Shown here: positions 40,699-51,090 of the stretch, piece by piece
How the letters are laid out: each line of letters begins with the position of its first letter
Numbering within the stretch: the first letter of the stretch is position 1
From: an uncultured Staphylococcaceae bacterium
Lineage (GTDB): Bacteria > Bacillota_I > Bacilli_A > ML615J-28 > CAG-313
Assembly (NCBI GenBank): GCA_964541525.1
Contig: CAZIQF010000001.1
Location: 90,553 to 154,552, forward strand
Length of the DNA stretch: 64,000 bases
Direction of reading: 5' to 3'
The notes under the pieces: model-generated
What the model was told of the DNA's origin: nothing
Database searches by the model: none
What the model saw: the letters and a program-made list of their open reading frames with translations, nothing else
Made by a program: the position numbers and the translations under genes

Positions 40699-40727
40699 AT
40701 TATACCAATTTTTTCTTATTTTTTCAA
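40699..40727 (-). promoter_or_regulatory. sigma-A-type promoter for the partner-switching operon
   Basis: Minus strand TTGAAA-17 nt-TATAAT with TGg extended -10. Lies ~35 nt upstream of the rsbV-like start. Confidence 0.4.
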
Positions 40728-40810
40728 TAAAAGCAATAAAAACATCTATTGATAATTCTCATCGCTAAGTCACTAGAATAAATCAAATTAAGTTTTATTT
40801 TTAATTCCAT
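40724..40810 (-). CDS. small ORF (28 aa, MELKIKLNLIYSSDLAMRIINRCFYCFY)
   Basis: GGAGG 10 nt upstream of ATG. Ends in 'CFYCFY'. Overlaps the predicted -35 element. Confidence 0.25.
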   Translation of the reverse strand: MELKIKLNLIYSSDLAMRIINRCFYCFY

Positions 40811-40974
40811 ATAAAAAATACCTCCAAAGCAAATCGTGAATAATGTTATTTTGTTTCACTATCTACTTTAGAGATATCTTCCTATTTTGATTAGTTCTTC
40901 TTTTTATTCTTTTAAGAATATTTAATGTATGTTTTTCTTAGAATCATCAAAAAGATTTTATAAAATTAAACTGC

Positions 40975-42882
40975 TTATGTATCCAAACCAGCAAATTGAG
41001 TTTGATATAAACGATTATAAACACCTTGTTTTGCAAGTAATTCTTGATGATTACCCATTTCAACAACTATTCCTTGATCAAGAACAACAATTAAATCCGC
41101 ATCTTGGATTGTTGATAAACGGTGAGCAATAATAATCGTTGTTCGGTTTTCCATTAGTTTAACTAAAGCATCTTGAATCTTCTTTTCAGTTCTTGTATCA
41201 ACTGAAGATGTAGCTTCATCGAGAATTAAGATTTTAGGATTAGCAAGAACAGCTCTTGCAATAGTTAGTAATTGTCTTTGTCCTTGAGAAAGATTAGTTG
41301 CACCTTCATTTAGAACCGTTTTTTCTTTTAATGGTAGACGATTAACAAATTTATAACAATTAGCCATCTTTAAAGCGTTATCAAATTCTTCTTGAGTTGC
41401 ATCCGCTTTTCCATATTTAACATTATTTTCAATTGTATCACCAAATAATACCGCATCTTGTAATACAATAGAAATGGCATCTCTTAAATTTTTCTTGGAC
41501 ATATCCTTAATATCCTTACCATCAATTAAAATTCGACCACTAGTTACATCATAGAAACGAAGTAATAAATTAACAATCGTTGTTTTTCCTGAACCTGTTG
41601 CTCCAACTAAAGCAATTTTGTGACCACTTCTAACATCTACGGTAAAATCTTTTAAAACTTGCTTTTCTGGTACATAACCAAATCCAACATGTTGGAAATC
41701 AATATAACCTGTTGTTTTATTTGGATCAAATTCAATTGTACCACTAAAATCTTCTACTTCTTCATTCATCATTGTAAAGACTCTTTCAGCACCTGCCATC
41801 GCTGTTAAAAGTGATGAGTATAATTGAGCAATTTCATTAATTGGTCTTGTAAATTGTTTATTTAATGTCAAGAAAGAAATAATAATTGAAACGCTAAGAT
41901 TTCCCATTACAATTGATCCACCTATACCTTTACTCATAAAGATTGCACCAAATAGACAAATTAAGAAATAACCAACATTACCGACAAAGTTCATAATCGG
42001 TCCCATTGAACCACTCCAAATTTGAGCATTGATTGCTGTTTTGCATAATGTATCTGAATATTCATTAAATTCTGCTACTGCAATATCTTGATGATTATAA
42101 GCAATAACTGTTTTACAACCAGTCACCATTTCTTCTGTTTGCGAATTTAATAAGCCTAAAATGGTTTGTTGTTTGGTAAATAGCGGTCCCATAAACTTAG
42201 ACATCACAAAAGTAACAATCAATGATAGGATAAGTGTTACAAGTGATACTAGTGTAAGTAATGGAGAAAAGACTAACATTATACATAAGCAACCAATAAT
42301 TGTTAGAATTCCTGATACTAATGATGAAATTGATTGTGATACAGCCATTGAGATATTATCAATATCATTAGTCATTCTTGACATAATATCACCATGAGCG
42401 TGTGTATCAGTATATTTTATTGGGAATTTAACAATTTTCGCAAATAAATCATTTCTTAGTTTTCTTGTCATCCCAATTGAAAGATAAGCACCAATTAATG
42501 ATGATAGGTATTGAAGCACACAATATACAATATATACAGCTGCTAATATACCAATATACAATATAATATTATTAAGGTTAGGTTCTATTTTCCAACTATT
42601 AGTTTCAATATTATATTCGCCAAAAGAAGCAATAATTTTTTGAATTATAACATTGGTTGACAAAGTGGCAGCGGTAACAAATAATACAACAATGATTAAA
42701 GAAATTAACAATCCTTTAGAAAATGAAATATAGTCAAGTAATTGTTTGAATGTTTTTCTAAAATTTTTAGGTTTTTCTTTTAATCCACCAAACCTACTTC
42801 CTGGACCATGACCATTGCCGGCTTTGATTTTTAATTCACGAAGTTTTTTATCATCTAGTTTTCTTTTACTCATTGTTGTCAC
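40975..42882 (-). CDS. ABC exporter fused permease-ATPase (ABCB type) with basic N-terminal extension
   Basis: 6-TM domain plus 'GATGSGKTT', 'LSQGQRQL', 'LILDEATSSVD'. Confidence 0.85.
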   Translation of the reverse strand: MTTMSKRKLDDKKLRELKIKAGNGHGPGSRFGGLKEKPKNFRKTFKQLLDYISFSKGLLISLIIVVLFVTAATLSTNVIIQKIIASFGEYNIETNSWKIEPNLNNIILYIGILAAVYIVYCVLQYLSSLIGAYLSIGMTRKLRNDLFAKIVKFPIKYTDTHAHGDIMSRMTNDIDNISMAVSQSISSLVSGILTIIGCLCIMLVFSPLLTLVSLVTLILSLIVTFVMSKFMGPLFTKQQTILGLLNSQTEEMVTGCKTVIAYNHQDIAVAEFNEYSDTLCKTAINAQIWSGSMGPIMNFVGNVGYFLICLFGAIFMSKGIGGSIVMGNLSVSIIISFLTLNKQFTRPINEIAQLYSSLLTAMAGAERVFTMMNEEVEDFSGTIEFDPNKTTGYIDFQHVGFGYVPEKQVLKDFTVDVRSGHKIALVGATGSGKTTIVNLLLRFYDVTSGRILIDGKDIKDMSKKNLRDAISIVLQDAVLFGDTIENNVKYGKADATQEEFDNALKMANCYKFVNRLPLKEKTVLNEGATNLSQGQRQLLTIARAVLANPKILILDEATSSVDTRTEKKIQDALVKLMENRTTIIIAHRLSTIQDADLIVVLDQGIVVEMGNHQELLAKQGVYNRLYQTQFAGLDT

Positions 42883-44623
42883 CTTCTTTCTTTAATTGTG
42901 AATTGTAGATATCTTGATATACTTCACAATTCTTTAGTAAGTTTTCATGAGTATCAAATGCAACAATGGAACCAGAATCTAATACGATAATCTTATCCGC
43001 ATTTTTGGCAGTAGCAACACGTTGAGCGACAACAATTCTTGTTGTATTATTGATATATTTTCTCATTGCTTTATATAATAGTGATTCTGTAACTAAATCT
43101 AGTGCACTAGTTGAATCATCGAAAATTAAAATTTCTGGTTGTTTTACAATTGCTCTAGCAATTGATAATCTTTGCTTTTGACCACCTGATAGTGATGTAC
43201 CCTTTTCTTCAACATATTCATCAAATCCTTCAGGTTTACTATTGATAAACTCTAATGCTTGCGCAATTTCTGCAGCTAAATGGATTTCTTCATCAGTAGC
43301 ATCTGGTTTACCCCAGGCAATGTTATCTCTAATTGTACCCGCAAATAATTCTGATTTTTGAAGCGCAATTGCAATCTTATTTCTTAATTCTTTTTGTTTA
43401 TATTCTTTGACATTAACACCATCTACTAATACTTCACCTTCAGTTACATCGTAGAATCTTGTAATTAAATTAACTAAAGATGTCTTGCCTGATCCTGTCG
43501 CACCAACAATTGCAATCGTTTCACCTTGTTCAATTTTGAATGTTATATTTTCAAGCACTGCACCATTAGCATTAGGATAAGTAAAAGATACATTTTTAAA
43601 TTCAACTGTTCCTTTTTCAGTAATGGTATTAATATCTAAAGTACCATCAACAATTTCTAGTGGACAGTCAAGTACTGCATTGATCCGTTTTGCTGATGCT
43701 TGAGCTCTTGCCACATTTGAGAATATCATCCCAAATTGCATTAATGAGAAACAAATCATCACGATATAAGTTACAGCTTGTGATGTTTCACCAACTAAAA
43801 TGTCTGGGCGAGTACCATTTTGATATCCTTCAAAAATAGAATTACCACCAATTGCATAAATTGCGATTTGGGCTAAATAAACAATTAACATAAATAATGG
43901 CATTAACAATGCTAAAATTTTATTAATATATAATAAAGTATCAGCATAACTACCATTTACCCGTTTAAAACGTTCATTTTCATAATCTTCTTTACAAAAT
44001 GCTTTGACAACACGTGCTCCACTAACATTTTCATGAACAACGGTATTAACTGCATCCAATTTAGTTTGAATTACTGAAAAAACAGGAAATGCTTTTTTCA
44101 TAAAAATTATCATAACTAAAATTTCCACTGGTAGAGCTATTAATAAAATAATTGCAAATCTTGAATCGATAGAAATTGTAAAAATAATTCCCAGAATAAA
44201 CATTCCAAATGATCTAACAAACATTCTAATCATTTGAGCAATAAAGTTTTGCATTTGTGTGATATCATTTGTTACTCTAGTTACAAGAGATCCAGTAGAG
44301 AAGTCATCGGTTTGATCATATGATAGACACATAATTTTATTGAATAAATCTTGTCTTAAATCATTCGCAAAATTACAACTTGCAATATTAGCAAATACAC
44401 CACTTAAAAATCCACCAATAACACCTATCAATACAATTCCAATCATTGTTAAACCGATTGATAAAATATTATTTAGATCACCAGATGGTATTCCTTCATC
44501 AATCATTACTTGCATTTGTTTAGTCAGCATCATATCCATTGATACTTCTATAATCATAAATACTGGTGCTAAAAGTGCAGCCCACCAATATTTTTTTAAA
44601 TACCTAAATAATTTAAACATCAT
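42866..44623 (-). CDS. ABC exporter fused permease-ATPase (heterodimer partner)
   Basis: 'GATGSGKTS', 'LSGGQKQR', 'LIFDDSTSALD'. Confidence 0.85.
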   Translation of the reverse strand: MMFKLFRYLKKYWWAALLAPVFMIIEVSMDMMLTKQMQVMIDEGIPSGDLNNILSIGLTMIGIVLIGVIGGFLSGVFANIASCNFANDLRQDLFNKIMCLSYDQTDDFSTGSLVTRVTNDITQMQNFIAQMIRMFVRSFGMFILGIIFTISIDSRFAIILLIALPVEILVMIIFMKKAFPVFSVIQTKLDAVNTVVHENVSGARVVKAFCKEDYENERFKRVNGSYADTLLYINKILALLMPLFMLIVYLAQIAIYAIGGNSIFEGYQNGTRPDILVGETSQAVTYIVMICFSLMQFGMIFSNVARAQASAKRINAVLDCPLEIVDGTLDINTITEKGTVEFKNVSFTYPNANGAVLENITFKIEQGETIAIVGATGSGKTSLVNLITRFYDVTEGEVLVDGVNVKEYKQKELRNKIAIALQKSELFAGTIRDNIAWGKPDATDEEIHLAAEIAQALEFINSKPEGFDEYVEEKGTSLSGGQKQRLSIARAIVKQPEILIFDDSTSALDLVTESLLYKAMRKYINNTTRIVVAQRVATAKNADKIIVLDSGSIVAFDTHENLLKNCEVYQDIYNSQLKKEGDNNE

Positions 44624-44633
44624 GTCCTCCTTC

Positions 44634-45068
44634 TTAATCTAAATTTTCTAAATTATTTTTCATCATTGAAATAATCCGTTTAAATGTTGCTAAATCTACA
44701 TCTGAAATTTGATTAATCATTTTATTTTCAAGTTCTTCATAACATTCGCGAATTTGTTCATCTAACTCTAATCCCTTTTCAGTTAGTTTAACAATAACTT
44801 TACGGCTATCTTCTTTCTTTGTTTCCTTGGTTATTAATCCTATTATTTCCATATTTTTTAAGGTTAAACTAACAGTTGGTGCTTTTAAATGTGCATGTTC
44901 AGCAATCTCATTTTGCGTTGCACCATCTTCTACTCTTCTTAAATACATAATAATGGAGGAGTATGTAGAATTAATTCCTTTGTTGTTACATAAATCTTTA
45001 ATCGAATTTCTAAATAACTTACTTAAATAATTAATCTGTGCTCCATACGGAATTTTATCATTATTCAT
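44634..45068 (-). CDS. MarR-family transcriptional regulator
   Basis: Winged HTH 'GATQNEIAEHAHLKAPTVSLTLKNME'. Confidence 0.8.
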   Translation of the reverse strand: MNNDKIPYGAQINYLSKLFRNSIKDLCNNKGINSTYSSIIMYLRRVEDGATQNEIAEHAHLKAPTVSLTLKNMEIIGLITKETKKEDSRKVIVKLTEKGLELDEQIRECYEELENKMINQISDVDLATFKRIISMMKNNLENLD

Positions 45069-45089
45069 TCTTCACCTCTATTATATTAA

Positions 45090-45105
45090 TTAGTTTTAAA
45101 ACTAA
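45090..45105. promoter_or_regulatory. perfect 16-bp palindrome TTAGTTTTAAAACTAA upstream of marR (candidate operator)
   Basis: Lies 22 nt upstream of the marR start, in the divergent region shared with the XRE gene. Confidence 0.4.
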
Positions 45106-45196
45106 CTATTAATTAGTATATCACTTTTTAAATTATTTGGATGATATTTTGCTTTAAAAAGTAAATAGTGTTTAACTTGTATTTTTTTTATTTTTT

Positions 45197-45835
45197 TTGT
45201 ATAATAAAGATATGATGAATGAAGAAATATTTAAAAACATTATTGCAAAAAATTTAACAAAATATCGCAAAATTAATAATTTAACACAATTAGATTTAGC
45301 CGAAAAATTAAATTACTCTGATAAAGCTATTTCAAAGTGGGAAAGGGGAGAGAGTTTACCAGATGTTTACACTTTATGTAAATTAGCAGAGTTTTATGGT
45401 ATTACACTTAATGATTTATGTCGTGAAGATATTGAGCCCATTAAAGCTAAAACTTCGAAAAAAGTAAACCATATTTTCATTATTTTACTTTCAGTTGGAC
45501 TTGTATGGTTTATTGCAACTTTAACCTTTGTCATTTTAAAAATAATACCATCAACTTCATCATATGATTTATGGTTAATTTTTATTAGTGCAATCCCAAT
45601 ATCCTTTATCCTACTAACTGTTTTTTCCGGTTTATGGTATAATAATTTTGCAAAAACAATTTCCGTTTCTGGTTTAGTATGGGGGCTTGCATTATTAGGA
45701 CATCTAATGTTATATCGAGTTCATTGGGAAAATGCTGCATTAATTTATGTTATTGCAGTTCCATTTCAAGTTTTAATTATTTTATGGTTCTCAATGTTTT
45801 CGGTTCAATCCAAATTTAGAAAGAAAACAAAATAA
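45197..45835 (+). CDS. XRE-family HTH regulator with C-terminal 4-TM membrane domain
   Basis: 'LTQLDLAEKLNYSDKAISKWERGESLP'. The C-terminal half is hydrophobic. Confidence 0.7.
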   Translation: MYNKDMMNEEIFKNIIAKNLTKYRKINNLTQLDLAEKLNYSDKAISKWERGESLPDVYTLCKLAEFYGITLNDLCREDIEPIKAKTSKKVNHIFIILLSVGLVWFIATLTFVILKIIPSTSSYDLWLIFISAIPISFILLTVFSGLWYNNFAKTISVSGLVWGLALLGHLMLYRVHWENAALIYVIAVPFQVLIILWFSMFSVQSKFRKKTK

Positions 45836-45872
45836 GAACATATTGAAAAATCCATTTCAATATGTTCTTTTT

Positions 45873-46757
45873 CTATTCAAAGCGATCCTTACCATGGAAG
45901 AATGCTGCAACTAGTCCTGGACCAGTATGTGAACCTATAATAGTGCCAATATAGCTATAGACAATTTCTTTAAATCCTAATTCTCTTTGTAACATTTCCC
46001 CTAATTCAATCGCATCATCAATTGCATGTGAGTGGGAAATATAAAGGGTTTGTTCACTAGGATTAAATGCTGCTTCTTCAATTACTGTTTTCATTTTCTT
46101 TAATGTATCGGTTTTTCCATGACCTTTTTTATATACTAATAGATGGCCTGCAGTATCAAGTCTTAAAACTGGTCTAATACTTAAGACATTACCAAAGATT
46201 GATGCAATTTTTGTAACACGTCCACCTTTTGCAAGATAAGTTAATGTATTAGTTGTAAAGTAAGGATTAACACCAACTTTAACTTTTTCTAAATACTCAA
46301 CAACGCTTTCAATACTTTCGCCTTCACTACGCATTTTTGCTGCTTCAAGTAGAAGCATTCCATAGCCTAAAGATGCTAAAGTTGAATCAACAATATAGAT
46401 TACAGCATCAGGATATTCTTTTAATACTCTTTCCCTTGCTTGAAGCATATTATTATAAGTACCAGAGATACCACTACCTAATGAGATATGGACAATTGGT
46501 TGATGATATTCCATTAAGCCTTTTAAGAATAAATAACCTTCTTCAATATTCACGGCAGTAGTCTTATACATTTTACCACCAATCATACTACGATAATAGT
46601 TAATTAAATCTTCTTGTTCCATTGTATCAGTATATTCGTTTTCATCATCATAATAATGCATTAATAGTGGAATAATATTATTTTTTTTACAGACATCCAT
46701 TGATAAATCACAACCAGAGTCCGTACTAATAATATATTTTAATTCTTCTTGTTTCAT
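45873..46757 (-). CDS. DegV-family fatty-acid-binding protein
   Basis: N-terminal 'IISTDSGCDL' of the DegV fold. 294 aa. Confidence 0.85.
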   Translation of the reverse strand: MKQEELKYIISTDSGCDLSMDVCKKNNIIPLLMHYYDDENEYTDTMEQEDLINYYRSMIGGKMYKTTAVNIEEGYLFLKGLMEYHQPIVHISLGSGISGTYNNMLQARERVLKEYPDAVIYIVDSTLASLGYGMLLLEAAKMRSEGESIESVVEYLEKVKVGVNPYFTTNTLTYLAKGGRVTKIASIFGNVLSIRPVLRLDTAGHLLVYKKGHGKTDTLKKMKTVIEEAAFNPSEQTLYISHSHAIDDAIELGEMLQRELGFKEIVYSYIGTIIGSHTGPGLVAAFFHGKDRFE

Positions 46758-46900
46758 TTTTTACCTCCAAAACAATTTATTTCATTAAACATTATAATAT
46801 AGAAGATTAAAAAAATCAACCATTTTTAACCAATTTGAACTCTATTGTTTAAGCCTTAAAAAGTAGAATAGAAATAAAGACTCTACAATTAGTAGAATCT

Positions 46901-47071
46901 TTATTTTAATTTAATTTGATTAATTGATTCATCATAAATGTAATTATTCTTACATAGAATAGCTAATAAATCATTATAATTGATGTCTTCTTCCTCACAA
47001 AGATTTAATAAATCATCATACTTATCTCTTAAATATGTATTAATAATTGAGACTAGAAGCGCAATATTCAT
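46901..47071 (-). CDS. DUF4250-like small protein
   Basis: 'LRDKYDDLLNLCEE...NDLLAIL'. Start is uncertain. Confidence 0.4.
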   Translation of the reverse strand: MNIALLVSIINTYLRDKYDDLLNLCEEEDINYNDLLAILCKNNYIYDESINQIKLK

Positions 47072-47085
47072 TGACAAATTAATCA

Positions 47086-48873
47086 TTAGATGGCCTCGAC
47101 AATTTGCTTCAACCATTCATTTTCTGCTTTTGTTAGATATGGTGATAGCATTTCATATACGCGTTGATGATATGCATGAATTTGGGCTTTTTCTACTTCG
47201 GTCAATAAACTTAAATCAATCGCATCAATTTCATATGGAGCAAGGGTTAAATCATCAAAACATAAGAATTGTCCAAATGCTGTAGTTTGATTTTCTTTAC
47301 ATAAAACTAAATTTTCAATTCTAACTCCAAATTCACCAGGAAGATATACACCTGGTTCATTGGAAGTAATCATTCCAACCTCAAATGAATAATTAGCACG
47401 AATTACTGATGGTGAAATGTTTTGAGGACCTTCATGAACATTTAGTAATGAACCGACACCATGTCCTGTACCATGATTATAATTTAATCCATATTTGAAT
47501 AAAGCACTTCTCGCAAGAATATCTAAATTAGCTCCTGATGTTCCCTTAATGAATACTGCATTACTCAACGCAAGATGTCCTTTTAAAACTAAGGTATAAT
47601 AAGTTTTTTCTTTCGCAGATAATTGGCCTAAACTAATTGTTCGTGTAACATCAGTTGTTCCTTCTAAATATTGTCCACCAGAATCAACAAGTAAAAATGA
47701 TTGTTGATCAAGAGTTTTATTAGTTGCCTCTGTTGCTGAATAATGAATGATTGCACCATGTTCCTTATATCCTGCAATGGTTTCAAAACTTAAACCAATA
47801 AAATTTGTTTGTTCTTTTCTAAATCTTTCTAAAATATCGCTAGCTGATATTTCAGTTAAATCCACTTTACCAATATTTTGTTTTAAATAATAGATAAATT
47901 TAGTTAATGCCACACCATCTTTTAAATGGGCAAGATAGGCATTTTTTATTTCAGTTTCATTTTTAATCGCTTTAAACATCGTAGTAGGATTAAGTTTATT
48001 AACAATTTGATGTCCCTCAACACATCCATAAATACGATAGTTTACTTTGTTTTCATCAATCATTAACACTACTGATTTACTCATTGATTGAAGATCTTGA
48101 TAAATCTGATTATATGGCTTAATTGTTACTAAATCGGTTTCTAAATTATTAATAATCGTTTTTGATAAAATTGATTCATTAAGATATAAAGTACACTCAT
48201 TCATTGAAAGTGTAACATAAGATAAAAAGACTGGGTTACATTCAACATCGGCACCACGTAAATTTAATAACCACGCTATATCATCTAATGATGTAAGAAC
48301 TAACATATCCGCACCTGCTGAAAGTAAAGCACTTCTAACTCGCTTAAATTTACTAGTTCTTGATTCACCTGCATATTCTAAACCTAATTCATAAACAGAC
48401 TTATGCGATAATTCCGGACGATCTTTCCAAATATCACCGACTAAATCTAATTCATAATTATATTTAAGTTCCAAATTATTTAATGCTTGTTTAAGACTCT
48501 TCACAAAGCCAATTGATACAACACGTCCATCAAAACCAATACAATTGTGCTTAGTTAATTTATTTTTTAAGAACTCAAGAATTGTTGGTACGCCAGCTTC
48601 ACCCATTTTATATAAAGTTATTGTAGTTCCTTCAAGTTCGGATTCAGCTTGTAAAAAATAGCGTCCATCAGTCCATAAACCAGCTTCATCCATAGTAATA
48701 ACACAAGTACCAGCACTACCAGTAAAACCAGTTATGTATGATCGTGATTTAAAATAATCACCTACATATTCTGAGCCATGAAAATCATTTGTAGGTACAA
48801 TATAAGCATCCACTTCTAATTTTTTCATTTTAGCTCTTAATTTTGCTAATCTTTCAATAATGATTTCGTTCAT
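47086..48873 (-). CDS. pepP: Xaa-Pro aminopeptidase (M24B) with Creatinase_N domains
   Basis: 595 aa. C-terminal 'HGTGHGVG' and the M24 metal-ligand pattern. Confidence 0.85.
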   Translation of the reverse strand: MNEIIIERLAKLRAKMKKLEVDAYIVPTNDFHGSEYVGDYFKSRSYITGFTGSAGTCVITMDEAGLWTDGRYFLQAESELEGTTITLYKMGEAGVPTILEFLKNKLTKHNCIGFDGRVVSIGFVKSLKQALNNLELKYNYELDLVGDIWKDRPELSHKSVYELGLEYAGESRTSKFKRVRSALLSAGADMLVLTSLDDIAWLLNLRGADVECNPVFLSYVTLSMNECTLYLNESILSKTIINNLETDLVTIKPYNQIYQDLQSMSKSVVLMIDENKVNYRIYGCVEGHQIVNKLNPTTMFKAIKNETEIKNAYLAHLKDGVALTKFIYYLKQNIGKVDLTEISASDILERFRKEQTNFIGLSFETIAGYKEHGAIIHYSATEATNKTLDQQSFLLVDSGGQYLEGTTDVTRTISLGQLSAKEKTYYTLVLKGHLALSNAVFIKGTSGANLDILARSALFKYGLNYNHGTGHGVGSLLNVHEGPQNISPSVIRANYSFEVGMITSNEPGVYLPGEFGVRIENLVLCKENQTTAFGQFLCFDDLTLAPYEIDAIDLSLLTEVEKAQIHAYHQRVYEMLSPYLTKAENEWLKQIVEAI

Positions 48874-49140
48874 TTTATTCCTTCTTTCAACTTTTTTCGA
48901 TAATTTTATAATTAATTTAACTTGAGTTAATATTTCTTTTATATACTTCTATTGTAGATATTTAAAGTCTGGGAATTCTCTTTAAATTCTTCCCCCATAA
49001 TAGGTGTCTATAATCTACGAAAACAAATTCATCTTCATAAAAACTCCCAGACTAGACACGAAGGATTAGAAATAAAACTTCTAATCCTTTTTTATTATAC
49101 CACAAAAATTCATTTACTACCCAGTGATTGATAAGAAAAT

Positions 49141-49182
49141 AAAAAAATACATTGATAAAAGAACAAGTTCTTTACCAATGTA
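49141..49182 (-). terminator. intrinsic terminator after the histidine kinase gene
   Basis: TACATTG...(inner AAAGAAC/GTTCTTT)...CAATGTA followed by TTTTTTTATTTT. Confidence 0.5.
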
Positions 49183-49183
49183 T

Positions 49184-50248
49184 TTAATTTTCTAGATATA
49201 AAGGCAAGGTTACATTAATGGTTGTACCTTTTCCTAATTCTGATTCAACATCAATTATGCCCCCACATAGATAAACAATCTTATGGACTAATGCAAGACC
49301 TAAACCATTTCCAGCTTTTGAGTGTGATTTATCACCTTGATAAAATTTATCAAACATATGCGTTTGCGTTTCTTGATCCATACCAATGCCATAATCAGTA
49401 ATATTAATTGTTACAGAATTACTATTCGATTTAATAGCAATTTTAATAACACTATCCTCATATGAAAACTTAATAGCGTTGGAAATAATATTCATCCATA
49501 CTTGTTGTAATAGCTCTTCATCACTAATGATATTAAAATCAGGAATATCAATATCAAATTCAATACGCTTTTGTTCCCAAGATGATTGAAGTAAAATAAT
49601 TACTTCCCTAAGTTGTTCACTAATATTATATTCAGTTTTATTAATTTCAACTTCTTGATTTTCTAATTTAGATATTTTTAAGATATTGGAAGTTAGATTA
49701 GTTAATTTTGTTGTTGCATCAAAAATAATATCAATATATTTTTTTCGTTCGGTTGGTGTTAATTTATCATCTTCTAATAATGTTACATAGCCTTGGATTG
49801 TTGCAAGTGGTGTTTTAAATTCATGAGATACATTAGAAATAAAATCACTACGAAGTGTTTCAATTTCAGCTAATTTGGAAGCCATAATGTTAAAATTTTG
49901 AATTAAAACGTTAAGTTCTGAATCATCATCCACATTAACGGGAATTTCAACAGATACCTTAAAATCACCTTGAGCAATTTGTTTCATTCCACTTGATAAA
50001 TCTTTGAAAGGTTTAATGGTACGATAGCCAAATAACGCACCTATAATTGTGCCTAATATAATACTTGACAACAACATTGAAATAATGGTGCCAACAAATC
50101 CAAACCTTCCACCAATTTCTAAAAATCTTAACTGATGTAAAATCACCATCACAATTCCTAAAATAATTGATGATGCTAACATAACATTAAAAATCATCAA
50201 GATAATTTTCCAAATAAACTTTTTTGATAGTGGTTGTTTATTTTTCAT
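49184..50248 (-). CDS. sensor histidine kinase (OmpR-partner type)
   Basis: 2 TM segments and HAMP. H-box 'SHEFKTPL'. G-boxes 'GIGM' and 'GLGLAL'. Confidence 0.85.
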   Translation of the reverse strand: MKNKQPLSKKFIWKIILMIFNVMLASSIILGIVMVILHQLRFLEIGGRFGFVGTIISMLLSSIILGTIIGALFGYRTIKPFKDLSSGMKQIAQGDFKVSVEIPVNVDDDSELNVLIQNFNIMASKLAEIETLRSDFISNVSHEFKTPLATIQGYVTLLEDDKLTPTERKKYIDIIFDATTKLTNLTSNILKISKLENQEVEINKTEYNISEQLREVIILLQSSWEQKRIEFDIDIPDFNIISDEELLQQVWMNIISNAIKFSYEDSVIKIAIKSNSNSVTINITDYGIGMDQETQTHMFDKFYQGDKSHSKAGNGLGLALVHKIVYLCGGIIDVESELGKGTTINVTLPLYLEN

Positions 50249-50916
50249 TTCTTAACGACCTTATAACCAATACCCCTAACTGTTACGATTTCGAAGTCAG
50301 GACTATCTTTGAATTTATCTCTTAACCGATTGATATGAACATCAATTGTTCTTTCATCTGATTCACTAAGCATACCCCAAAATTCATTCATTAGTTTAGT
50401 TCGAGTAAAAATTTGATTAGGATAAGAGAACAATTTAAATAAAATATTGAACTCTTTTTGTGGTAATTCAATCGTTTCTTTTGGTGTTACAACACTATAT
50501 GTATCATAATCTAGTGTTGTTGATCCAATTGTAACCTTTTTATCACTATTGATTTTTGCTCTTCTAAGTAATGCTCCTACTCTTAACACTAGTTCTTCTA
50601 AATTAATTGGTTTGACCAAATAATCATCGGCACCTACTGAAAATCCTTCGACTTTATTAGAAAATTCTTCACAAGAGGTAATAATTAAAATCGGAATTTC
50701 AATTTTTTCTTCTCTTAACGATTTGGTAAAGGCATAGCCATCAATACCTGGCATCATTATATCAGTGATAATCAAATCAATATAATTAACATCAATTACA
50801 TCATATGCATCATTAGCATTGTAACTTTGATAAACTTTATAGCCATTTTTAGTTAATACTTTGCTGATTAAATAGTTTAAATTAATATCATCGTCTACTA
50901 CTAATATTTTAAACAT
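50245..50916 (-). CDS. OmpR-family response regulator
   Basis: Receiver 'LVVDDD...TDIMMPGIDG'. Winged-helix C-terminus. 4-nt overlap with the kinase gene. Confidence 0.9.
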   Translation of the reverse strand: MFKILVVDDDINLNYLISKVLTKNGYKVYQSYNANDAYDVIDVNYIDLIITDIMMPGIDGYAFTKSLREEKIEIPILIITSCEEFSNKVEGFSVGADDYLVKPINLEELVLRVGALLRRAKINSDKKVTIGSTTLDYDTYSVVTPKETIELPQKEFNILFKLFSYPNQIFTRTKLMNEFWGMLSESDERTIDVHINRLRDKFKDSPDFEIVTVRGIGYKVVKK

Positions 50917-51090
50917 TTGATCCCTCCTTATATTTATACATTAATATTATACATCAATTTTGTAAACTAAGTTTTAATAAAGTTAATTTATTTTTATTAT
51001 ATGTTAATAATTAGTTAAAAGAAATTTACTATAATATTTATAGATAAACTAAAAAAATATATTTTTATCACATGAAAGGAGAATTTTCTA

